Source: Pseudovirgaria hyperparasitica (lineage: Eukaryota). From it: a stretch of DNA of 64,000 bases. Positions 27,583-38,621 of this stretch are shown here, piece after piece. Location: assembly GCA_010093815.1 (NCBI GenBank), contig ML996573.1; one strand, written 5' to 3'. Position numbers and translations under genes: made by a program. Position 1 is the stretch's first letter. Every line of letters starts with the position of its first letter. The notes under the pieces were generated by a model. It worked only from the letters and a program-made list of their open reading frames with translations. It was not told where the DNA came from and did no database searches.

Positions 27583-28072
27583 ATGTCGGCTGAAACTTCC
27601 GCTGCGTGGCCCGTCGCCGACCAGCAGATGACCCAGGAAATCCTAGATGTGAGTCGCATACCGGCAAAACCAAGTGTCTCGCAGTCACTGACTTTAGGAT
27701 AGCTTTGCCAACAAGCCGCTCATTACAGGCAACTCAAAAAAGGTGCCAACGAGTGTACCAAAGCCCTCAACAGAGGTATTGCTGAAGTTGTCGTCCTTGC
27801 TGCCGACACGACTCCTCTCGCCATCATTCTTCACCTTCCGCTCCTCTGTGAGGATAAGAATGTTGCATACGTATATGTGCCATCGAAGAGTGAGTTGATA
27901 CTTGGAACTTATACTTGATTTACGGTAGTGCTGACTTCTACTAGTGGCTCTCGGTCGTGCTTGCGGTGTCAGTCGTGCAGTTATCGGATGCTCAATTACC
28001 ACGAACGAGGCCAGTTCTCTCATGGGACAGATCCGAGCCTTGAAGGACAAGGTTGAACGTCTTATGATCTAG
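27583..28072 (+). CDS. SNU13: Snu13/15.5K RNA-binding protein (2 introns)
   Basis: [13 protein letters not shown]...[17 protein letters not shown]...[32 protein letters not shown]. Confidence 0.96.
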
Positions 28073-28258
28073 AGAACATGTTCATATGGATATTGTGGAG
28101 ATTATCATAGGCGCTGGGTTCTGACATGAATTTGGAACCCAAACGTTCCCATGAGACAGACGTAGATAAGCAAGTTGAAAATTTGCACACCGTCTATTGA
28201 CCTCTATGGCTACATTTTTGACCCCGGCATTCGTCTAGTGTACTCCGTTAAGACCATC

Positions 28259-29239
28259 TCATTTCGAAAACTCATACGATATCTCGAAGCTATAGTTAGG
28301 ATTGTAGTGCATCTCCCAGTACGCATCCCAAATAGTCTTCGTGACAGGACCGATCAGCCCATCGCCAACGGGCTTTCCATCAAGCTCTGTGATAGGCATA
28401 ATACCGCCCGCCGTTGTGCACATAAATATCTCCTCCGCACTGTACGCCATCTTGACCGGCACCCTCTCAACCCTAGCCTCCACCCCTTTCTCCCTCGCAA
28501 CGTCCATCACACTCAACCTCGTCACACCCTCCAACACCCCACTTGCAGGTGTATACAACACACCTCTGTTCACAAGCACAATGTTGTATCCCGGCCCCTC
28601 TGTCAATGCCCCCTGGCCATCTGTCAAAAACGGATATTTCGCACCCCGATCCCGTGCCTCGAGCACACCCCGTGTAAAATCTCCCCACTGGTGATTCTTG
28701 ACCGTTGGATCCACACTATGCTCCGGAGTCCTGCTTACTGTCTTAGTGATCACCGCTGCTCCCGTGCCGGCAATCTGCATCTCCGGCGCCATGACCCAAT
28801 AGTACGGCTTCATGATGATATACAAATTGTTCACCTGCTCGGCCTCAGACACTAGCATTGCGGGGAGCATACCCCGCGTCACGATGATATGCACATACAC
28901 ATCGCGCATTCCACTCAGCGCAGCCATCTCGATCAATTTCGCCTTCAGTTCCTCACGTGAGAGGGGGCTCTTGTACCGCATCTTGCTGCATGAGCGTTCA
29001 AATCGGTCCAGGTGGTCGTCGAGGCGGAAGAATCGCCCGTCCCAGATCGCAGGGACATCGTATGTAAGATCGCTCTTGAGGAAGCCTTGGTCTGTGATGG
29101 GAATGCGGGCATCGGCGAGAGGGACGAGTGTGTTGTCAATGCACGCGATACCGGCGGCGTATCTGTTACTAGGATAAGTTGACTGGAGGGTCGAGAGGCG
29201 AGACTGGTAGGCGGCGAAGACTTTTTGCATTGTCGCCAT
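28259..29239 (-). CDS. PLP fold-type IV aminotransferase, (R)-selective amine transaminase-like, intronless
   Basis: DQGFxxSDLTYDV, WDGRFFRLDDH, DPTVKNxQWGD (catalytic Lys181), LEGVTR and CTTAGG. Collinear with the recalled Aspergillus terreus R-ATA. Confidence 0.9.
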   Translation of the reverse strand: MATMQKVFAAYQSRLSTLQSTYPSNRYAAGIACIDNTLVPLADARIPITDQGFLKSDLTYDVPAIWDGRFFRLDDHLDRFERSCSKMRYKSPLSREELKAKLIEMAALSGMRDVYVHIIVTRGMLPAMLVSEAEQVNNLYIIMKPYYWVMAPEMQIAGTGAAVITKTVSRTPEHSVDPTVKNHQWGDFTRGVLEARDRGAKYPFLTDGQGALTEGPGYNIVLVNRGVLYTPASGVLEGVTRLSVMDVAREKGVEARVERVPVKMAYSAEEIFMCTTAGGIMPITELDGKPVGDGLIGPVTKTIWDAYWEMHYNPNYSFEISYEFSK

Positions 29240-30136
29240 ATTGGAGCTCTGGTGCGTGAGTTACTGATCGATCTACAGCACCTAGTGTGCGAGAAGAGTG
29301 TGTTGTGCCCCACTTCGAATGAGGAGGGCCTGAAGCTGTCTCTTATCGCAAGTCACAGAGCTGGCAATCGCAACCACCTCCTAAAAGTATGAGTGCTATA
29401 ATCTTTCATCTTGAGTATGGTAGAGGTGAGTCCTGGGACTTTCCACTTTTTTCTTTGTCGTCAGCCTCCCTTTGCTTTTAACAATATGCCAAGATGTATC
29501 TTACGTTCTCTAAAAAGATCTAGAGTATCTACATTGCCTTACAAATACATGTGTACAGCACTAGAGCTGAAAACAATGTCATATGGTGCATCATTGGACC
29601 TAAGGCCGTGTTGTGCATCCTAAAGTGTTCACCTTCATGATTCGAAAGCGTACAGTTGCGAGACTTTTATCTCTTTTGGATGTCAACACGTGGTGGAAAG
29701 TTAGCGTTCGAGACGGAGCTTAACAGTAGAATTCGAAGACCAGTTGAGAAGAGACGGAAGAGTCCGGATGTGGGATGAACAAGTTTCAATTGAACACATG
29801 GACAAGAAAGGAAGTGGTAAGGATCTCATCTGAGCGGATGAGTTGAAGCCCAGTTTGCCCCTTTGAGCGACCGTCCTACCTCGAAATACGCGCAGATGAT
29901 CATCTCTTTATGGCACCGGGTCCTGTACGTTACTTATAGATTTTGTACGCCACGTCAATGAGCAATGCATGGTCGAGATAGCCTGATCACTTACACAGTA
30001 TAGAGCTTTACCATGACAGTGTGTGAAGATCGTTGAGTGAAATAGACGTAGCTTTGAAACAAAGCATTTGAATTATATCATTTCTCGGGGCTCATAATCC
30101 CAGTAGTAGAAGCATGTCAAATTGACCCCCATGTCA

Positions 30137-33100
30137 TCAACAGCCCTCCAGCTTCGTAATCATGCCCTCTTCTACTTGCACACATCTACTCAAGAGTCGT
30201 CCCCAAACATCCTTACTCTCACGATCTTTATCTCCCTCAGTCAATGTCTTACGATCTCCAATTATAATGACGGCAGTCTTTGCCCTCGTCATAGCAACAT
30301 TGAGCCTTCTCATGTCATTTAGGAACCCCAGTTCATTGTGATTGTTACAGCGAACAGAAACGAATATAATGATGTCTGCTTCGCGACCTTGGTAGCCGTC
30401 GATGCTGCTGATTTCATAAGCGAATATAAGTTTCTTGAGATTCTCGCATTGCTTGGAGTATGGGGCCAGAATGGCTATGCTAGGCTTGAGAGGAGCTTGA
30501 GCATCGGACGTCGCAGAAGGAGCCGCAGGCGTGCTTAGTAGCTCGCAAATCGTCTTACATAGTTTGGCCTGGCCTTGATTGCTCTTTGACTTCTGCCCAA
30601 GATCTTCCGGAAAAGAGCACTGTATGAAGAGGCTGCGAGCAAAAGGAGCATTAGCTCCAATTGATTGTCGTGGCCATGGGAATAGAGTGTCTGGTAGATG
30701 CCTTGCAGATTCGAGTACTTGAGTATGTAACCTGCCAGCGTAGAATTCCATAGACGGAAAAGCGCAAATGTCTTGGTGCATCCGGTATTGTGTATCCAGC
30801 ATGACTTTGCCGACGCCATCACGATTGGGCATGTTGTAGTGACGCTCGAATAGAGAAATATCGAACTCTTGGTTGAGAGCATGCTTCTGCACAGTGGCAC
30901 GTAGCTGCACATGGTCTCCTACCAGGACAGCCCGTTTACAGCCCTTCACAAGAGGTATCAACGTTTCCGGCTCTGTCATCTGAGATGCCTCGTCAATTAG
31001 GACGAATTCGAAACGTTCTTTTCTAAGAAGCCCTAAGCTTGCACCTGCACAAGTAGTAAACACTAAACGAGCTTCCTTGACGCGTTTCTGTGCTGCCTTG
31101 CGCCCTTTGAAGTCTGACGAGAGATCTTTGCCAACCATAGCATCACATGTATACTTCTTCATATCAGGGGATACTTTAAGCAGGCTTGTAGACACTCTGA
31201 CAGGCTCGACACCGGTGCTCTTGACTCCATCCTCCGTGATGAACTTCCGCAACACGTTATCAACGGCATTGTGGCTGCTGCACGCAATGAGCAAGCGCGA
31301 CTTAGGTGCCTCGTTTAAAAGGTCCCTGATGATCTTCACAATTGTGTATGTCTTTCCTGTGCCGGGTGGGCCCCAGAGAAAGCTCAGTGGGTACTTCATC
31401 GCAGCCTCCAAAGCCTGATTCTGGCTGACATTGAGGGTATCGTCTGATGTAAAAGCCAATTTATCGATTGAGGTTGGAGCACCATAATCGGGTAGACCAG
31501 CAATGCCTTTGTACAAAAAGCAGCAGGCCTCACGCTGTGTGTATAACGCAGTAATAGCGTCGAGCATTGACTTCGTGGTCACGAACGATCCACAATTCAC
31601 CAAAGTCCACGAGCATTTGTCTACGTAGTTTGGTGGTGTATGTAGACATCGGAAAGTTGCAGAGCCAAGATCTGATTTTAGGACCAGGGCGTCTATGGAA
31701 CAAGTGGGAGAAAAGGGCGAGTTTTGTGGTGCATTCGTGACCGTAAGTTGTACGTGATCTCCTATCTTCAGAGCGCCTGCCGTAGGAGCATCAATACGAA
31801 GTGTGGCCTTGACAACTGAGAAGCCATCATCTTGCACGGAATCGAATGTGAGACTTAAGGTGTCTTGCCTCTCGATCTTACTCTCGACAGCCTCATCAAC
31901 GTAATTTAGTGCTGTACCGATGAGATTTCTCACGAAATTTCGAATCGCAAGTGGGCGCCCCACTAGAAGCCGAGATGTCTCTGGTTCAAGGGCCTCGAGG
32001 AACATGTCAAGGACAAGGTCAGTAGATCTGACAGTCAGAGCTATCAGTTCGACAAGATCTGCAAAGGCTTGGAACGTCAATTGCTTTAGTTGCATCAAGA
32101 GCAGCTTGAACGTGCCTAGCGCCAAACTCTGAAGGTTGTTTCCTGCTAGGACGATATTTCGAAGCATAGTGGGCGCAAGTTGAATCAACTTGTCTTCTAG
32201 GAACTCTTTGTTATTCTTCCAATATTCAGATTGGAGGAATGGTGTAATTAGATATGGATGCGTGATGAGAAATTCGAGTAAGTAAGTTGCAAAGACCGTT
32301 TGCGAATTCCGGTTAGACCAAGCACTGATGACGGTCAAAGCCCGCATAAAGAGATCTCGGAAGAGAGTCTTATTGTCGAAGGCAGAGAACAATTCGAGTA
32401 CAGACCTCATTTGGTCTGAAGCTGAGATCTGATCGAGCACCTGAAGCTTACCACGCACGATTTGCTTAAATGCTGCAGGATGGGCTGTCCAATCAACCTC
32501 TTGTGGACTCGGAACGGTATACTCTTTGTTTTCTCGTTCATACAGAGGAAGAATCTCGTCCGTGTCTACGTATTCGAGCCATTGGTCTAGGAGCTGCATA
32601 GACTGGACGTCCCTATTGCTGATCGCGTAGATTTCCTGTAATGTATTAGTTACAGCCAGCATCATAACCTATTGAATGAGAGTAGGTGATATATATCAAG
32701 GCTACCCAAGGTCTGGCGGATAGCTTCAATATGAGATGTTGTACATACCGCTTGCAGGATGCCGGACCTCCGGATTCGTCCGACATGTCTCTGGATATCT
32801 GAGCTGATCTTTGCAAGATTGACACTTGCTACGCAATCGAAATTAACTCCATGATCGATTGTTTCTTGCCGTCGTCTCCGCCTATCAGTGGCATTCGTAG
32901 TATTGCGGTACGTAGAGTCATCAGATGCTGCAGCGTTTAAGAACACCCAAGTGTTAGCTCTCTTATTCTCGTAGAGTTGAAAACATGAGTGATCACAGTA
33001 TATCCTGTAGTTTTGTTTCGTCGGAACCACACGATAGGACGTAGATGCAGAGCCCTGAGACCGTGGCAATGCAAATACACGCACCGAAGAGTCAACCTGG

Positions 33101-35507
33101 AATTCTTGAGCTCGCGAGATCTTTCGGGGCACATAGATGGCCAAAGTGAGTCGCTCGTCGACCGAGAATATAATGAGCTTCTTGTGAAACAGCTCAAGCG
33201 TTCGAGTTGTTGTTTCCAGGAATCGTCCCATTCGATCTACACCCGAACTAAAGATGCGCTTCCAATGCAATCTGTGATCGTCAAGCTGAAATCTCTTCAG
33301 TTCCATAGGCTCGACAAGCTCGGATTGCAGTAGACCATTCCACACGAGACTTGGAGCTTCCTTGCTAGGTGGCAAACAATTCGAAATCCAGAGCTTCTGC
33401 TCATCTGACAATGTGCAGAAGTCAAAGAAATCCTGAAAGTCGAGGATGTTTACTTTGTGCGCCTGACACCATTTCATGGTGAGCTGGATTAATTCGAATT
33501 CGGACATGGCTATTCTGTCTCGGTTTAGGAGTAGCTCCATAGCACCAAATGAAAGGCCTTCCCATTGGTTAGAACCTCGCTCTAGGCGGCTTTGTATTAT
33601 CTCTTCGGCTGAGCGATGCAAAACATCGAGCACGAAGTCAGTCTTCTCTGGGCATTTGGGTGGGTCTTCGAGGTTGGGAGGCACCTTAATTCCGACACCG
33701 TCCACGCATTGACTGAACAAACGATTAAGCTGCTGGCATTCAGGGCTCATAGCACCTTTCAATCGAGCCCAGTCCAAGAACAGATGGTTTACTCTACCAA
33801 GCGATGCGTTCGTATAGCGAGCAAAATAGTCGGCTCGATCAGCATCAGACGTGCCTCCAAAATATACTGGCTCTCTCCCGGCCGGATATTCCGCAGGTTG
33901 TGACACAGTTCTCGGCACGATATCTGGATCCCAACAAACGAAGACTATAATCAGGTCAGAGGGCATTACGTGTGAATCAAAAGGTTTATACTTACACTTA
34001 TCGCCGTCTAAGTCGCCTCCAGACATTAGATCCGCACTCGGACGCTTACCTTGGGTTGAGAATATTATACAGTCCCTCAGATGAGACCATTCAGGGATTT
34101 CCACAGCCTTGAACTTTTGCAGATCGCCTGGGTGCAAGCACGGATTTCGCGTGACTAGGACCTCAGTATTCACGACGGTGCGCGCAATCCCATCGCCAAT
34201 TTCAGTGACTCTAACCATGCATTCACCTTCCCTCAGTCGTCCAGGAAGATTCATTGCAGACGATGGATCGCAAATCCCGAAGATCAGTCGTGACTTCGGA
34301 AGCATGATCCGGCACTTTGGCTCGCCTTTCTTATTCAGCATTTTGTCGTACTCTTGAAGTACAAGCTTCCGAGTCGATAACTTTACTGCATCTGCGCCTT
34401 CCATGAGGAGAGTTTCCACCAAATCAGTCCTGTCGCAGTATGAAAGAAATTGAAATGCCAGCATGAGATTATTTTCATCAGCTGCTCGAGCTAGAAAATC
34501 GAGGTACTGGTTCTGCTTCTGTAGCAGTACATCATTTGAGATACCGAGCGCGCTCAATAGCAGAACGATTTGGTCGTTCAAGTAGCCGAAAGTATAAGGC
34601 TAGCCTATATCAGAGCCTGTGATGTGATATGAATAAAGGAGAAACATACTTTAGAATAGGCTACCACTGAGAATGACAGGTCTGCGGCGTCTTTGAATTT
34701 TAGCATAGATTCGCGGAATTTGGCTTCAAGCTTTGGACCTAGAGACGGTTCCAAGGATAAAACACCTTTGTAGCCGCGATACCGTATCTGGAAAACCGAA
34801 GGCAGATACCTTTCATTGCGGTGAACGATACTCCTTCGACGTGCTAGTTCCTTAGCAAGGTGCATTGAGATTATGCCGCAACCATCAGTGAAATTGTAGT
34901 CTCCAACTAACACGTCTGGTATGTCCTCGCAACGTTCCGGCGAGAGGTTTTCGAAAACCGCCTCGGCACTCGAGAATAATAGGCCAAGCCTCTTTGCTTT
35001 CTTAGCAACTGTCTTAAGCTTCGAGAAATCGCCCATTGCATTGATCTTCTCGCTTATCCTGTCCTTCGTATCTGCGAGATTGAAGCATGACCTTGATTTA
35101 AGCTGGCTATTGCTATGTCCAAAGAAGTAGTAGGGTACCCCATTAAGGATAATACCAGTATTGAGCAAGCGAGAGACATATTCAGCAGATTCTCGGGCAG
35201 GTGCTTGCTTGTGTATTCCAGTGCTCTTGTCAGAAATCTGAAGTCTGAAGTCGGCGAAGGAGATTAGCATAAGCTTATCGAGAGATTCGGACTTTGTGAC
35301 GCGATTTGACGGTGCGCTTTCGTAGCGCAGCTGTATCTCCTGGCGCGTAGAAGAGGCAATGACAGATACGGCCTTGATTAGATTCGCTTTGTTCGTTGCT
35401 TGGACGTCAGGCAGGGATACGGTATAGCTCCAAGACTTGTCGCTGGCATTAATGCTATTCTGGAGAATACATCGGAAGCCTCTCGCGTTCTTCTGCTTTG
35501 CCGTCAT
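30137..35507 (-). CDS. RNA-dependent RNA polymerase-SF1 (Upf1/DNA2/NAM7-like) helicase fusion protein, ~1718 aa; introns 34600-34649, 33945-33995, 32636-32748
   Basis: RdRP motifs FFGHSNSQLKSRSC, KRLGLLFS, FTDGCG, FQIRYRGYKG, TRNPCLHPGD and SGGDLDGD. Helicase motifs GPPGTGKT, DEASQ, GDHVQL, QYRM, DGYQGRE and RLNVAMTRAK. Removing three canonical introns leaves 5157 nt in one open frame. Confidence 0.88.
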
Positions 35508-35912
35508 TGCTGAATAGCACCACGTAAGACGAGCCGAGCTGAGGAAGAATGCAGAGGACTTGATTCGCGCGCCACAATCTGGATCTCAACACTACGATTA
35601 TCGCACATGGGTCGGACCCCACTCCAACCAACAGGATCAGTTCCGCGCGATCAATAAGCACGTTTGATCTTTCACTGGTGAGCGAGTTGAACTCCTCTGA
35701 ACAAGCCTCAAACGTGCGCAAACAACCTTACCACAAACCAGTCATTCCGAGAAAGTGAATTTGCAACGAACAAGCCAGTCGTGACTGTGAACACATCAGT
35801 ACCAAACTGCCGTCTCGAAAGTTGGTCTCAGTATATGTCCCCCTTTTGATGATATATGAGCTTGCATCCGAAGCTCTCACGGTCAAAGGTCGCCATGCTT
35901 TCAAGAACCAAA

Positions 35913-36566
35913 ATGCCCCCAAACATTTACATCGTAGGTGCCCAATGCACTGGCAAGACCACGCTGGTAAAAGCTCTGGAGAAACACTTATCATCCCAGG
36001 AGATCGACGGAGTTGATCGAGGCCAGATCACGCCACCAACGATCATCACTGAGCTTGCGAGGACCATCATGAGGCGCCATGGCTATGATCGTTACGACAT
36101 CACCTCAAAACCGGATCGCGCTTTCGAGCTTCAGAAACTGATTCTGCAAGGTCAGGCTGAGATAGAGACGAAACTGGCGCTGGACAAGGCAGGATGGTAC
36201 ATTTCAGATCGCTCCGGTATCGATCCCCTCGTCTACACCAAGCTGTACCGCGGGAACGATGGCATCGAGGAGCTGATCAAGTCAGAGCCATGGCAGCTAC
36301 TCAAGGAGAAGATGAGACAGTCAGTTGTGATTGTTTGTGAAGCTGGATGTGACTGGCTCGTTGATGACGAGTTCAGGGTCATGCCTAAAGATGGAACAGA
36401 TGAATGGATGCAATGGCATTACGCTTTCTTGGAGCTTTTGCGGTCGCAGAGAATCGACTATCACGTCATTCCAGCTTCAATGAAGAGCATTGATGATCGC
36501 GTCAAAGCGGTGTTGGCATTCTTGAGTGGGTTTGAGGAGAAGAGAATCCCGCGGATGGAGAAATGA
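35913..36566 (+). CDS. P-loop NTPase/kinase of the NadR/Ttd14 (AAA_28)-like family, intronless
   Basis: Walker A GAQCTGKTT right after an N-terminal beta strand, then TELAR, ISDRSGIDPLVY (DR motif of nucleoside/nucleotide kinase-like P-loops) and lid-like DDEFR. Alternative in-frame ATGs at 35856 and 35895. Confidence 0.8.
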   Translation: MPPNIYIVGAQCTGKTTLVKALEKHLSSQEIDGVDRGQITPPTIITELARTIMRRHGYDRYDITSKPDRAFELQKLILQGQAEIETKLALDKAGWYISDRSGIDPLVYTKLYRGNDGIEELIKSEPWQLLKEKMRQSVVIVCEAGCDWLVDDEFRVMPKDGTDEWMQWHYAFLELLRSQRIDYHVIPASMKSIDDRVKAVLAFLSGFEEKRIPRMEK

Positions 36567-36974
36567 ATCGTTCTGGATGAATGGATGACATGAAGTCAAA
36601 GGAAGCGCGGCCGCACAAGGTTTAGTGTCACACTGCTGAGCTTTGGGGCAACCATCAATAGATCCATTCCCAAATAGAGACCAATCATTACGATACTCCC
36701 AGTGTTCATTTCAAATACATGGATTGGCTGAAGTCATTCACAAGACAGACTGCACACATACATACCCGCTCTTCCGTAAGCACCCAGTGATGATAGCAAT
36801 GAACGGCGTCGAAATGCATTGTGCCAAACTAAGTCCGAGTCATCTCCGGGTGAGCTAGGCTTCAGTGAACATCCGAGGTCCTGTCACTTTAGAGGACGCC
36901 CGGTATGCAATTGTAATATTACCAGTGCATTGGCAATAATCTACCATATAGAACATCTCCACAAACACACTGGC

Positions 36975-38621
36975 ATGGCTGCATTACGACCGTCTCTCTG
37001 GCGAGCCTTTCGACGTCTCAACACAAGAATAGCACAGCAGGCAAAGTGGGGAATCTTGCAAAGATGCACACCACTAAACAGTCGAGCCTTCTCCACAACG
37101 CAATCAAACCGGTTAATGGAAACATCAGGTTTCAATGAGGAGCAATTGACGGTTCGAGATGCTATACAGAAGATATGTTCGAATTATACAGATGTGCTAC
37201 AGCCTATCACACCCAACGCGATTTGACGCTAAGCTGGAATAGGAATATTGGATGGAACATGATCAGAGCGGAGAGTATCCACACGAGCTCCATGCAGCAT
37301 TGGCAAAGGATGGCTGGATAGGTATTGCGTTGCCAGAAGAACTTGGAGGTGCAGGTCTGGGTATCTCAGAGGCTACTATGATGCTTCATACAATCGCGGA
37401 GTGAGGCTGACTTCGAGATGGCGATATGTATTACTTATAAATTCTAGGAGTGGGGCCGGTATTGCTGGAGCACAGTCAATACATGCTAATGTTTATGCTA
37501 CACAGGTTTGCCCTCGAGCGAATGCTGAAGATGGATGCTAACACATACAGCCTGTTGCCAAGTTCGCTACCCCTGAGCAACGACAAGAATGGCTTCCAAA
37601 GCTGATCAGGGGAGAATCACGGACCTGCTTCGGAGTGTCAGTCACTTCTATTCCAATCCTCCTCAGCTACGACTGATAAGCCCAGCACTGAACCGAACAC
37701 CGGTCTCGAAACACTTAAACTCCGCACAACCGCCACTCGCGACGGCGACACGTACAGAATTAGCGGCCAAAAGATGTCCGTATACAACCAATGCCCCTTC
37801 CGTCATCTTCTTCCCTCTACTGAACTACACATAGCTGGATTTCATCCGCTCAAGTCGCCAGCCACATGGTGCTCCTGGCACGCACAACGCCCCTAGAATC
37901 CGTCACGAAAGCCTCCGAAGGCCTCTCGCTCTTTTATATTCCATTCGACCGCTCCCAACCAGGCCTAGATCTTCGCCGCATTCCAAAAATGGGTGGCCGC
38001 GCTGTCGATGCCAACGAAGTCTTCTTCGACAACTACACAGTCCCGGCATCGGCGCTCATCGGCGCCGAGGGTCAGGGGTTTAAGATCGTACTGCACGGCA
38101 TGAACGCCGAGCGCTGTCTTCTGGCAGGCGAAGCCCTAGGCCTTGGATATGCGGCGCTGGGTCGAGCGGCAAAGTATGCGCGCGAGAGGGTGGTTTTCGG
38201 ACGGCCTATTGGGATGAATCAGGGGATCCAGCACCCACTGGCGAGCGCATTCATGCATCTCGAGGCAGCCAAATTAAGCACCTATCACGCAGCGAGGCTT
38301 TATGATGCGAGTAGGACGGACTCGGGGGTGACGCAGCATGCAATTGGTGTGGCGTGTAACAGTGCGAAGTATCTTGCTGCGGAAGCAGCATTCGTAGCTT
38401 GTGAACGGGCGGTGATGGCATTAGGCGGGATGGGATATGCGCAGGAGTATCATGTGGAGAGGTATCTCCGAGAATGCTTTGTTCCACGGATTGCGCCGGT
38501 GAGCCGTGTAAGTATTATGCTGATGTCTACTTGTGATGGGATGGGATGTTGACAAAAGGGATAGGAGATGATCATGAACTTTATCGGCGAGAAGGCGTTG
38601 GGCTTACCGAGAAGCTACTAG
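36975..38621 (+). CDS. Mitochondrial acyl-CoA dehydrogenase (about 6 introns)
   Basis: Arg-rich presequence, GWIGIALPEELGGAG, CFGV-TEPNTG, ISGQK-WIS, NAERCLLA, ALGGMGYAQEYHVERYLRE and LGLPRSY*. Confidence 0.92.

Noticed and set aside
28175..28855. 226-aa plus-strand ORF, and many similar overlapping ORFs across the window
   Set aside because: These are antisense or alternate-frame shadows of well-supported genes, with no motifs of their own.
30137..32665. Calling the 842-aa ORF a stand-alone Upf1/NAM7
   Set aside because: It has no CH zinc domain, and its ATGs lie inside an intron (32636-32748) that splices it to the RdRP.
32662..35507. Viral RdRP or endogenous viral element
   Set aside because: The motif is the cellular two-barrel DLDGD type, not viral GDD, and the gene has spliceosomal introns.
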